A stretch of DNA of 63,996 nt, counting the filler, from Porpidia crustulata (lineage: Eukaryota), in NCBI GenBank assembly GCA_964255105.1. It is 13 parts of 13 records of this genome, joined end to end, with 100 filler letters (N's around TTAATTAATTAA, not from the genome) between each part and the next. Parts side by side here need not be neighbours in the genome. Positions count along the whole stretch, not along the records: positions 9,917 to 14,767 come from CAXUWE010001981.1; positions 14,868 to 19,717 come from CAXUWE010001982.1; positions 19,818 to 24,663 come from CAXUWE010001983.1; 10 more parts are not named here. One strand, given 5' to 3'. Below, piece by piece: positions 12,901 to 24,484 of the stretch. Numbering within the stretch: position 1 is the first letter of the stretch; every line of letters begins with the position of its first letter. The position numbers and the translations under genes were made by a program. Under the pieces are notes generated by a model. The model did not search any database and was not told where the DNA came from. It was given only the letters and a program-made list of their open reading frames with translations.

Positions 12901-14215
12901 GTAACAAATTTTCGAATACATGCTCGTAAATAGAAATCCGAGGCCCAAGAACCGAGTTCAGGAAGTATCTTCTCAGCTTTGCTATAAACTTTCTGTAGCT
13001 GCTGCATGCAGTATGTCTTGCGACTGGTCAAAGTTTTACGCAACGTCTTGGAATTTAGCATAGCAGGATCAGATCTCAACTTGATCACATAAGGATCTTG
13101 CATGATATCAGTGTCTGTGCAAAGCCGCCCTAAACTTTGCAGACCTGGACAGTCCATGAGCTCTACTGTGTAAGGAGAAAAATACATTTCGATCAAATCA
13201 GGCTGGAAAATATATCGAAGCATTTCTTCGCGGTGGACTTTTGGGGTCCGAGAAATGGCTTGCATTTTTGCTTCAAGATCCCTACGAGAGACTGTTAGCT
13301 TTTAGAACCTATCAAAGCGTCCTGGTCAACATACTGCAGGCACCCAGGCGTGCTGTTGATGACAGGGCTCGCAGTCAAGCCGAGGATGTTGGGGACATTG
13401 TCCAAGGTATCGGAGGCGTATGGATGATAGAAATCGCTCATGATACGGCTGGCTGGATGGTCAGCCCTAGCATGATGTACTTACACCAATGTTAGAACGT
13501 TTTCAAAAAGTCATCGGTTACTCTGAAAGAAACCTTCGTCGAAAACCAGTAGCGCAAGCTGTGACATCCCAACGAAGCCATGCATCAGTGCGTCCAGGAG
13601 TACCTGAACTATTAGTAAAATAAAGTACCTCTGGGAGCAATGCTTGAATGCTCATCTGTACCTGATGAGTCGAGACCACAATGCGTATGCCAGCAAGCAC
13701 GTCATCCCAGATCTGTTGCTCACTCCAATGGTCGACACCGTCGGCCCCGGATAGAAATCTGGTTGGAAAAGCAGGAAGCTGGGTAGCGATCACATCATGC
13801 TGTTGGGAGGCTAGAGCAACTGTGGGTGCTAGAAACCATACAAACTCCATTAATGTCAGTAGGCAAAGGGGATCATCTCAAGCGGGAGTCTCTTACTTGT
13901 GCTGGCGAACAGCGTTCTAATTCCCTTTCAATTCGCGATACCGCTCTTGCCAGGGATCAGCTAGGATCTATCGCCGTCCAAAATCATGTTCCGTACATAA
14001 AAGTCTTGCCTGAGCCAGTGTCCATCTACATTGTCTTTAGCGTCCCAAACGTCAAATGGCATGATATAACGTACGGCAATGATGAGGTTTCGCCGCATGC
14101 TCTCATTCAACATCTCCAGTTGATACGGCCTCAGCTTGAATGCGTGAGCACCGACTAGGCTAGCTACATCTTTATCGTGTATGGACATATGATCGGTACT
14201 TTCAAGGGCTGGCAT
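9917..14215 (-). CDS. dcl2: Dicer-like protein 2 (helicase, helicase C, Dicer dimerisation, RNase IIIa, start of RNase IIIb); 3' truncated, about 9 introns
   Basis: RPYQLEM, MDTGSGKT, LVFDEVHH, LGLTASP, LEEGIDVSACN, FIQRRGRAR, AVQHLYHFCATLP, YQSMEFL|GD, KILADVVEALIGA, YQR|LEFAGDAILD. No PAZ domain recognised. Confidence 0.93.
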
Positions 14216-15106
14216 AGCTACATATAATAGTTCAAGTCGAATAACAGTTAGCAGTTCCAAGACATGTAAGACTCGATCAAGAGGATTGAAATTTGAATGA
14301 GACTCAAACAAGTGGGGAAAACGGGACTATGTAGACGACAAGTTGCGATGCAAGTGATTGATGCATGTTATTGGACGCTTTCTCGACGAGTCGGAATCTT
14401 GCAAAGCAGGTCCTCGTTGGAGTCGAGCTTTATTGAGGGCCTAGCTTTACTGCATCGCCCTTTATTGTTTCTTTTGGTATAGACTCTTTTTGCAAGGTGG
14501 CTTCCAAGCCTTTAAAGCTTCGATAAAAGATGATTGCCTGGATAGGTCGGCGGTTGGGAGGCAGGCAAAGCGGCACAAGTCACGTGTTAGGTGCCCTGAG
14601 CCACAGCAGGAAAGCGCGCTTGAGCAGTAAATTAAGCCCGCATCCCACCCAGAGATGGCATAGTGATGATCAAAGCCAGTGTCCGCGTGGACATGGCGCC
14701 CAAAGACTACTCCCAATAGCCTAATCCTTTCCCACCTCGTTGAAATTCCACTTTCCCCGTATAAACCNNNNNNNNNNNNNNNNNNNNNNNNNNNNNNNNN
14801 NNNNNNNNNNNTTAATTAATTAANNNNNNNNNNNNNNNNNNNNNNNNNNNNNNNNNNNNNNNNNNNNGGGTGGTGGTTAAGAGGAGAAGCATGGGGGATT
14901 TGTAGATAGATCGGAGGTTTAGATGGCTGATACCTGGCGCTTGGGGGTCAAGGTTCCAAAAGTTGATCATAATCGGCATCAAGGTATTCCTTAAATAAAT
15001 GCCGTGACGCTATGTCTCGCCCCGACTCCGGTTTACCGTGCAAGGTCATAAACTCCTCTCGAAGTCCCCGACGCATCTCATTCGCATTCATCCAGACCAT
15101 CATATA

Positions 15107-16632
15107 CTACGAAAAGACAATCTTGAACTTGAACGCAATCGCAAACGCCGGATCCGAGACCGCAATCTCCTCCCCATCCACCACCAGCTCCCTCATCTTC
15201 TTCCCCAAATTCGGTCTTGTCTGCTCCTCCAGCGACGGCGGGAACTGCGAATACAGCGACGTGCGCTCCGTCCTCAACGTCGGTCGCTTCAGCTGCGCCT
15301 CGGCGCGCTCGGCCAAGCTGTCGACGAAGTCGCCCAGCGTTGCCTCCGGATCGACGGCCAGGTTCCGCGCGAGATTGCCGCAGACGGGGCAGTCGTTCTT
15401 GCGCTCGTGCTCGAAGGTGTAGGTGTAGACGGCGTCGTCACCGCTGTACATCATGTAGTTGGCGAGGTAGGGGTTGCAGCCGGTGGCGATCTTGAAGGCT
15501 TCGTTGCAGCAAGCGGCGGCGACGATGGCGTTGGTGGAGGCGATGGCGGGGATGATGTTTTTGACGACGCCTTGGGTGAGGGCGTAGGTGACGCCAGGGA
15601 TGTGGAAGTCGGCGGCGCGGGCGAGGGCTTTGCGGTAGAGCCAGGTGATGTGTTCGGGGTCGTCGGTGTCGAGGAGTTCGTCTTTGCGGTGCTCCTCCCA
15701 GGCGATGATGTGGGCCCATTCGATGCAGTGTTGGGGTTGGCGGGGGATCGTGGCTAGAGTGCATAGTGGAACGGCTGCGCGAGGGGCGTGCATGTCGAGT
15801 TGGCATTCGATGCAGGAGGTTAGGGTGGGGAGGATGACCCTGGCTTGGCCTTTGAAACCTAGAGGGGTGGTAAGAAGGCATCTAACCTGTACGAGCGACA
15901 TCGTAGACCTACCTTCGGTTCCACCGTCTATCAAAGGTTTTAGACTTTCCATGTTGTCTGGGTCAATCATGCCTACCAAAGTGGCATTGATCCATCGCCG
16001 AGCCTCTATACTGTCAAGGCCACAGATCACCATTTTGAATTGCATGTAATAATCCTCATCTTTGTCTTGAATTTTCCCATCGAAAGGTGTGATTTTTACG
16101 TCTTTGACTCGCTTTTCTACGAACGCGGCTGCACACTCGGCCTTGGACTTTCCCACGTCGGCTTCTCGAAATAGGAATTGACGGTTGAGATTAGAGACAT
16201 CGATAGTGTCTGTGTCCAATAAGAAATGAGAAAGTTGGACTACTGAGTTACTCACCCATATCAATGACATGAATGTCTTTAAACCCCGATAAGGCTAAAT
16301 TCTTCAGAATCTCACATCCTAGACCACCGGCTCCTCTAGAAACACTTAGTTTCTGCACGCTCGCTGGAAAATTGCAACATTCCATACATTACTCTGCTAA
16401 GAGTTAGTAATGTGTCTAATCCACCATATATATATTCTTACTGACAGAACCTTGGACGTCTCAAGAGAGGTAATAGTTTCTTCTCCTGGAACAAAATCTG
16501 GATCTGTGAAGGGCCCTCCTTTGTTTAATACTTTATCTAGATACTTCCTATATTCGTCTCAGTGTTTCGAAAATGGGTTTCTCGTAAGAATGCGTACCAT
16601 CTCTCTCTGGTATTTTCCACATCGTTCGCCAT
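15107..16632 (-). CDS. UBA3: NEDD8-activating enzyme E1 catalytic subunit (multi-exon, includes 6-nt micro-exon 16393-16388)
   Basis: [64 protein letters not shown] (catalytic Cys), [16 protein letters not shown]-terminal E2-binding domain. Confidence 0.96.
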
Positions 16633-17020
16633 TCGAAGCTGTGGTATTTTTTCTTGTATAGATTGTGCAATAGCTAATCTCGAGAAAAAGATAAGAATTG
16701 TTAGATACTACAGCCTCTATACATAGTGAAAGTGTTGTTCACAGAGACTTGGGGCGAACCTGATGGTTTCGATGTTTGAAGACGTTCCTCAAAATGATAT
16801 CGGCCGTTGAACTCCATGATAGTGATCATCGCTTGGAACAGCTAGCGCTCCCGTGATGATTAGCGGCCGCTGCCACATACAGCCCTACAGCCTTATCAGA
16901 TATGTTGTATCCGCGTGAAGGTATGTGGTCCACTAGAGCGCTGCCAATTATGTATCTCCCAAAGCTAGCCAATCGTGTACCAAACCACGGTTTAGAAGTT
17001 TCATTCGAATTTTTGGAAAT

Positions 17021-19717
17021 ATGGATGGGCTTCTTACTCCCCTAAAGACAACCTTGATTGCCAACAATCGGCGCGTTGAAGATCACTTAATCCCTGTCGA
17101 TCCCATACAAAAACATCATGTCAGCCTTGATCATAACATCAAATCTTCAGAGGATGTTCTGGGACTTCTGCAATCAAGACCCAGTCTTGAACTTCTCGCA
17201 AAAGCTCTTCACTGGCTCGACCCGAGTCGAAATAGAGATGATGCTTTCAATATCAAAATCCCGAACCCACAAATTGCCCCAATAATCTTCGTACTCATTG
17301 AAGAAATTATTCCAAATTATTGGCGTGTCTTAAAGGAAGGGAAGGGTCAGCTGAGAAAGATTGTTATACGATGCCTCACCAGTGTCGCAGGACTTGGTGC
17401 TATCACTGCTCGACTGCGCGTTCTACTAGACGTTGACAAAGAAGGTGAGAACCAGACAAACATTAAAGGAGACGGCAAGAACCTGTGGACAGAAGATTTA
17501 ATCGACGTTCTTCAAAACATTCTGAAGAAAGATACTTTTGTTGCTGGAGTGTGGGAAGACACCAGCTCCATGGTTTCTCATGCTCCTCAGAAAGCATTGA
17601 TGTGGAAGGAGCTAATTTCGTTCATTGCTGCAGGGAGAATTCTCTCTCTGGCAGGTGAAGCTGATCATTTATTGCATAAATCTAGTAAAAATATTGAGAC
17701 TCGAAGCTGGCTTGCAGACGGAAATCAATATGCCGCATGGCTAGGAAGAAATATTGCCCATCTGATCTCAACAGTAGATTCAAGCGATACAGAGACCCAA
17801 AAAGCGTTGGCGCAGATGCTAGAAAAGGGTGTGAAGCTTGGTTACACTGGCGAGTAAATTAAGTCGTATTTGGCATTACTATCATCTGATTCGTCTACTA
17901 GATAAGCTTGCCGAAGCAGCTTCTTCATCATTGATTCACGGAGAAGATCACTTCGTGAAAATATATCAATTATTGATGCATGACTTAGGTTCTCATGAGA
18001 AAAAGATCTACCTTTATTCGCTGCTTCGCATATTGTCAAGACTCTACTTGGCTCTAGAGAGGAACAATGATATTGATAGAGAGGAACCAAATGGGCCAAA
18101 TAAGAAGGATTTGAACGGAGTGATAGCGCTGATTGCCATGCTTGTTGACGGTAGTCCACAGCTGCAAAACGCTTTGGTAGATTGGCTGGCTGGCACTTCT
18201 AGCGATAGCATTGGCCAAAGCCACAAAATGCATCGAGTTGTAATTGCAGCGCTATCCAGCGACAGGAAAAAGACAGTCCTGCAGAAAACTTTGCAACTAT
18301 TTGGAGACAAGCTGTACATAAAGCATACACCAATATTACACCAAGAGGGTACGATCCCGGATCTTAAGGAAAACGTACTGCCATTTGCAATATCGCTAAT
18401 GGATGACAGTCAATGCTCAAATCCTGCTTATGGTCGCTGGATATGTCCATCGTAATAATGCCTCATACCTTTCCAACATTGCACAGTCAAGTGTATACAT
18501 CAATGCGATATCGAACCGTCTCTCCTCGTCGTCACATCGAGCGTCTTTCCTCGGCATGATTGTTGGCGCAGCAATATCTGAGCTCGTTGACCCAAAGGAC
18601 AAGCGAATGACTTTTAGTTCAGAAGAGATCAAAAGTACAGATGGGCAATGGTACAGAAGTCTAACGAGTGTAGAAGACGTTATTGGCTCAATTGAAGATC
18701 TGAAGCCCAGAGCTTTGGTTTTAAAGAGCCCTTCATCACGTCCAATACAGACGGCCGGAACGAATGGCAAAATCACAAAACCGTCCACCAAAACACCCAG
18801 TACGTCAAAAATCGTCTCAATTGAGGAGATACTGGGAAGTTCAGACTCGGAGGACGATGATCTCCCGATGTACGAAAAGCCGGACTCTGATGAATCCGAT
18901 GAAGATGAAGACCCAACTTTAGTGCAGCGTAATAGACCGACCGTCCCTGTGTAAGTCTTCTCTCATCCCGCATTCCGAGTCTCTTATTCCCTTCCCACTA
19001 ATGATCCTTAGCTATATCTACGACCTCATCGCTGGCCTCCACGACACCGAAAACTTTGACCGCCATAAACTCGCCCTCTCCACAGCCTCATCCCTTATAC
19101 GCCGCAAAGCAACCTTCGGCACAGAAGTCTCCGATCACATCGAAGAATTAGCAACCCTCCTTGTTGGCTTGAGCGACAAATACAACTTGACAAACTTCCA
19201 AGAAATGCGCCTGCAAGGCATGATAGCCGTCCTAGTAGCCCAGCCCCTGAAAATGGGCCAATGGTTCTCGCGCACATTCTTCAATGGCGACTACTCCATC
19301 GGCCAACGGGTCTCCATCCTCACAACCCTCGGCCTCGGTGCCCGAGAACTAGCAGGCTTTCAAAAGGAAGACGCCGCTCTCACCGGCGCTGACGTCGTCC
19401 CCAAAGACTCTTTCCCTTCGAAGAAGCTACCGGATAAATTGCACAAACTCTGGGCACTAGAAGCCAAGCCCATGAACGCCCTGTCTGACCGACTAGAAAT
19501 AACAATGATCCGACCCATGGCCGCCACCGCCGCCGACAAAATCACCGGCCCCAACGCCCTCAAAGTTCGCACCTTTTCCTCCCGCATGGCCGTCGAGAAA
19601 AACCGTCAGAAACCCATCCCCAACGCTCTCGCCAAGATCGTCGCCGAAGGATTCTTCTTCCCCCTGACCGGTCTGTGGCGCATCCACGTGCAATCCTAGT
19701 ACGTCCCTTCCCCACAT
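17021..19717 (+). CDS. TEL2: Telomere length regulation / TTT-complex protein Tel2; 3' truncated (introns 17850-17901 GC-AG, about 18349-18409, 18951-19010, and one starting about 19699)
   Basis: LFGDKLYIKHTPILHQE, ISNRLSSSSHRASFLGMIVG, acidic PDSDESDEDEDPTLV, PV|YIYDLI, LIRRKATFGTEV, GDYSIGQR, LGLGARELAG. Confidence 0.9.
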
Positions 19718-19817
19718 NNNNNNNNNNNNNNNNNNNNNNNNNNNNNNNNNNNNNNNNNNNNTTAATTAATTAANNNNNNNNNNNNNNNNNNNNNNNNNNN
19801 NNNNNNNNNNNNNNNNN

Positions 19818-20447
19818 GGAACAACTCGCCACCTTCCCCTGCGGCGGCCAGGACACCCCGTCCTCGAACCGCACCCTCCTGCCCCTCACCGGCTCCTTCC
19901 CTGTGCAGCTCCTCATGGGCCACGACCACTCCCTCGTGCAGGTACTCCTCGGTCTCGGCGAAAATGTGGGCGCGGCGTTCAACATCACGCTCGTGCCGAC
20001 GGTGCAGGAGCAGGGGCTGGGGAATTTTTGCTTGGGGGGTGTGGTACGTTTTCCTGCTTTCCCAGGACCGTGACTGTTGTAAGAGTCTAAGCCGTGTCGG
20101 AAATTTAGAGTGTGCCAGCGGGCATCCAACCGAATACCAACGCAACCATCCAGGTGGTGACGAACGGTGATCCTAGTGGCGGGTTGTATAACTGCGCCGA
20201 TGTGACGTTTGTTTCTTCTCCTCCTTCGGCACCGATGCAATGCACCAACGGTACCGGCGTGGCGACGACAGCGTATACAGGGCAGACGAAAAATGCGAAT
20301 GGGACGAATCCAGGGTCGAGCACGGCTAGTGGCGGAACGACTACTGCAAGTCCGAGTGCTACTGGAAAATCGGGGAGTGGGAGGATTGCTGTAGATTTGT
20401 GGGGGGTAGCCACTTCGTTTGTGGGTGGAGTGGTGATGCTCTTTTAG
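19818..20447 (+). CDS. BIM1/X325-like (LPMO-like) GPI-anchored copper-binding protein; 5' truncated (intron 20044-20108)
   Basis: Spliced product: ...FPCGG..NRT..P..GHD..VQVLLGLG...FNITL...GLGNFCL..|..NATIQVVTNGDPSGGLYNCADVTF, then a Ser/Thr/Gly stalk and a hydrophobic C-terminal GPI signal. Confidence 0.75.
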
Positions 20448-20970
20448 GAACGAGGACTGGGAGCTGGTATTGGGCAATGAACAGGATGAGCAGCGGGAGC
20501 ATCTATCTATGATACATAACAACCTGAAAGTACCCTTCGCTATGCTTTTGGGATATATTTGGAACCGTGAGAAACAAACAAACACCACGCTATGCTTCAA
20601 GGCACCTATATCCTTCTCGACTGGGCACATTTTCTTCAGTACAGTGACAACATGTGGAGAGACTCAACCCCGGAGATGACTTTTCTGACTAGACATGCTT
20701 TCAACCAGGTCATAAGATACAATCGAATAGTGTAGGTAGCAGGATGCCAGCTCGCACAGCTCCTCTTAAAGGCGTTGGTAAGACCGCGAAGTCGGAGTGG
20801 TACTTGTGGTAGAACAAAAGGACTGTAACTTCAATCCACCAATGCTGTTCCTGGATAAGGAGGATGTAATAGGAAGAATTTTGTGTCATGCGTAGAGGTT
20901 ACGCTGGCAAATTATATATGGCATCGGCACTGCTTTTAAGTAATCCGTTAAATGTCCGATGATCTTCCGC

Positions 20971-22278
20971 TCAATCGTCATCTTTTAATCCACACATATC
21001 GGTTCCAAAGCGGCAGTCAAACCAATAAAGTATCTTCCAGTAGAAGGTCGCAGTTGCCCAGTCGAAATCACCATTCTGCAAGCGAGGCACTGCATGGCCG
21101 ATGATATCGTGAGGGATCCAGCCCTTCTCCGCCAGTAAGCGTAATTTCTTCTGGGTCCACGAGGGCTGTGGGAGGAAAGCCTCGGTGTGAGGACGGATGA
21201 TGTTTTTGGTGGTGTCGGGAAAGCGCTGAAAGTAGCGTTCGTGTTGTGCCTGCTGCACGGCACTGCGGGGAAATGTAGCGGACTGTTTTTGAGTAGGGGC
21301 GCGATGGCGGAGGTCGGGATAGCTAGGGTCCGTAGCTGTCGCTGAGGATGCGGTAGAGGGTGAAGTGGAAGCTGTATTGGCGGGCTGTTGTCCTTCTGGC
21401 TGTGATATAGTGGTGAAATTACGCGGTAGTGTAGAAGCCACTCTAGGTTGAGTCTTAGCGAATTGAGGAGATGCCGTCTGTGGGCGAGAAAGAGGGTTTG
21501 TGGGTTTGGGAGCACCAAGTAAACCTTGGTCTGTATCCTCAGGATGGACTAGGATAGGCTCATCAACTTCTGGCCCTGTGCCTCGATAGAGCTGTGCGTA
21601 GACCCAATGGCCTTGGATGAGATGCGGCGAGTAAGAGATGGCTCTATCAGCCGCTGCTGCTGAATCAAATGTGACCTTGATCCAAGATTTCCCTCCAGCA
21701 TACCTTCGAGCCATTGTAGACTCGGCCTTTGTGAGTGGCCTAGAATGAACGTAGCCAACAGCACTCGAGAAATTCGAGTATTTCCGTCTTTCGGCGGGAG
21801 GTTGGCGCTCGTAGTCTTCACAGATCACGCCGAGTGAGACTTTCTCGTAGAAATCTATAGCCGCCCACTGTGTATTCTCTCCATAGCCATGAAAGTAAAC
21901 TTGAGTGGGCTCTCGGTCCTCTGCCGGTGGACGACGCGAGTGAGTATCTTCCACTGTAGGTACTGTAGCGGAACCATTAATCTGTTGGTCTTCGCTCACT
22001 TTGAGCATGTCATACTGCAGCGCGCGTTCAAAGCCATCGAAAACAGGATTCTCTTTCTTTGCTGGTGTAGCTGTACGTGTGGCTCGTGAGGAGCCTTGAC
22101 GCCGAATGGATTTCCCAAAAGGACCTTTCTCTTCGGGAGGTGGACGCCTCTGGTGGCGGGCATTGGGATGGTCTGGGTCCCATTCGAGAGCCCATGGTAG
22201 TGGTTGTCCTTGATTATCGATGGCCCTCTCTTCGAGCGGAACTGCGTGGAATTGAGTTGGCCGTCCTGATGCGGACAT
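20971..22278 (-). CDS. NUP53: Nucleoporin Nup53/Nup35 (RRM-like domain), single exon
   Basis: QWAAIDFYEKVS.G.ICEDYERQPP, GGKSWIKVTFDSAAAADRA, C-terminal amphipathic DIIG..VPRL.NGDFDW..ATFYWK, as in Pezizomycotina Nup53. Confidence 0.8.
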   Translation of the reverse strand: MSASGRPTQFHAVPLEERAIDNQGQPLPWALEWDPDHPNARHQRRPPPEEKGPFGKSIRRQGSSRATRTATPAKKENPVFDGFERALQYDMLKVSEDQQINGSATVPTVEDTHSRRPPAEDREPTQVYFHGYGENTQWAAIDFYEKVSLGVICEDYERQPPAERRKYSNFSSAVGYVHSRPLTKAESTMARRYAGGKSWIKVTFDSAAAADRAISYSPHLIQGHWVYAQLYRGTGPEVDEPILVHPEDTDQGLLGAPKPTNPLSRPQTASPQFAKTQPRVASTLPRNFTTISQPEGQQPANTASTSPSTASSATATDPSYPDLRHRAPTQKQSATFPRSAVQQAQHERYFQRFPDTTKNIIRPHTEAFLPQPSWTQKKLRLLAEKGWIPHDIIGHAVPRLQNGDFDWATATFYWKILYWFDCRFGTDMCGLKDDD

Positions 22279-23140
22279 TCTCTGCAAACTTGTAACGACC
22301 AGGATCACCAGCTAGACAATGTTCTCTACAGAGGATACGCTCAGTATATTTGCAATACCTCCGATGCTGAAATGTTCAATCGTGGTCGTAGTTCACGTAT
22401 GTCCTCGATATTTTGTGGTGGTTGCGTTTCTGGCGGACGCGTCCAATGAAGCGTCCCGCATTCGGCTAGCCTTGAGTTTCCCGCTGCTCACTTCTTTTCT
22501 ATACCTACCTACTGCCACCTGCCTACCTTATTCATGTTCACCCCCATTGAACCCCAGACTTTCCCAGAGCGAAGCGTTTAAAGATTCATCTGTAAACTGT
22601 TGAAGCGTGAACTCCCTCACATTCTCTCGTTCATTCTGCCTCTCTCTTCGACCGCATAACAAGTTCACCCCGCACAGTGTCGGATTCCAAAGATACATCT
22701 TACCAGGTATTTTCGATACTGGAGAAGCTCGTACATACCAAAGCCCTTTCAGCAGTCTCATTGTCCAAGTAGACGCTGGGTTTGATCTAAAATATGAATT
22801 GGAATATCCAAAATAAAGCATAGTTGTGAGATTCTTAAAAGCCATTGAGAGGAGTTGCAACGGCCCGTCAGGTCCTCGGGCAAAATAAGTGCCTAAGTGC
22901 ACTACTCACTCAAAGATGTTGAACGGAGGGTCCCCTTGTCGAACCTAAAAGATGATGCTTTCGAAAAGGGGTCTTAGATTGAGATCTTTCATGTATTTTA
23001 TGAATACGAGCACTTGTAGGCCATGTTTCATGGCATTGACCCAGCAAGATATATAATAAAACCCGCCAAGATGCCTGTTTGCTTCTCAATATGTACAATA
23101 ATTCTATTCGAGAACGCCCTGCTCACCAGCCCATGCTTGG

Positions 23141-23592
23141 TCATATCCCGGTTCTGACTAGCCCGGCGACTCTGTCCTCAATCTCCTTGTCATTCAGGCC
23201 TTGAAAAAGCGTACATATTAGTTCTATTGTGTGAATATTGCTAACGCAAGTCACCTACCATTCAATGGCTCCATCTTCTCCTTCCCAAACTCTACAGACA
23301 AAATTCGTAAGCCGAAATTTGTTTCGTTCGCCCTCGTAGCTTACCATATCTCGCCCATACCCTCGGCTCTGTACCTAACGCCTCGCGAATCATGATAGGA
23401 GTGTGAGGATTATTTTTCTTCATGGTGGGGTAGGCGCGCGTGAGGAACGACCTACAATACATCAGTAAAGAATTTTGTATATGATGCTTTCGTGGGGGCT
23501 CCGAACCTGGTAGCAGCGCTATGCTCCGAAGTCTGGCAGAACAGGAAGCGGACTTCCTTGAGGGACTTGGTAAAGGCGTACTTGCCCGACAT
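23141..23592 (-). CDS. nuo-10.5: NADH:ubiquinone oxidoreductase 10.5 kDa subunit (NDUFA2/B8), 4 exons
   Basis: Spliced: MSGKYAFTKSLKEVRFLFCQTSEHSAATR|SFLTRAYPTMKKNNPHTPIMIREALGTEPRVWARY|EFGKEKMEPLNG|LNDKEIEDRVAGLVRTGI. Confidence 0.92.
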
Positions 23593-23786
23593 TATGGTAG
23601 CAATTGCACATCTGCCGAATTTGTCGTCTATGAAGTCGTTCAGAAGAGCTTCTGACAAGGATGCAACTTTCGGCAATCACCACGCCGATTCCCCGATATC
23701 GCTGCATCGCCGACGCTGAGATTGCGACTCCTAGATCCGACACAGCTTTCTTCTCAAACTCCAGACACACTCCCTTCTGATAAATC

Positions 23787-24484
23787 ATGTCGTCCCGCAT
23801 TGGTCTTCGCCTGTCGCAGTTCTCTGCCAGAGCTGCCAGAGCTTCAATACGAAAACCCATTGGCAGGCGAGTACAGACTACAGATGCGACAGCGGCTCCG
23901 CCGGCTCAGACTACCTTTCAGAGGCTGTGGCATAGTCCTGTTGGGGTGAAGACGGTACATTTCTGGTACGTATTCCTTTGACTAGAAATACTACAGCCAA
24001 TTTCCCATGCTGACGAACTGGGAAAAGGGCACCCGTAATGAAGGTTTGGGCTTCTGATTACCCCGGGTACTACCACCTATTGACGACCAACAGTGGGCTC
24101 TCGTCCTCGCCGGCGTCTCCGATTTTGCCCGCCCCGCGAAGGACCTCTCTTTGACCCAAAACCTGGCTCTCTGCGGTACAGGGGCGATCTGGACAAGGTG
24201 GTGCTTCGTCATCAAGCCCAAAAACATGCTGTACGTCTCTTCCCACCTCGAGGCATTCGTTACTTTTGCTTACTGACAATCTCTCATGAAACAGCCTAGC
24301 AGCCGTCAATTTCCTCCTCTGCTGCGTCGGCGTCACCCAGGTCACTAGAATCGTCATGTACGAATCAAATGTAAAGAACAAGACGCTGCCGCAACTTGCG
24401 AAGTCGGACGTGAAGGATGCGAAGGAAACGATTGCGAAGGCTGTGGATGATCCGGAAGGTGCGGCCAAGAAGGCGAAGGTGTAG
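23787..24484 (+). CDS. MPC2: Mitochondrial pyruvate carrier subunit 2 (4 exons, including a 16-nt exon)
   Basis: LWHSPVGVKTVHFW|APVMK|WALVLAGVSDFARP..LSLTQN..GAIWTRWCFVIKPKNML|LAAVNF. Confidence 0.92.

Noticed and set aside
15012..16049. Long antisense and alternative-frame ORFs over UBA3 (likewise over GUS1, the ankyrin gene, the FUSC gene, tyrosinase and SSR4)
   Set aside because: Shadow ORFs caused by biased codon usage of the real gene; no independent motifs.
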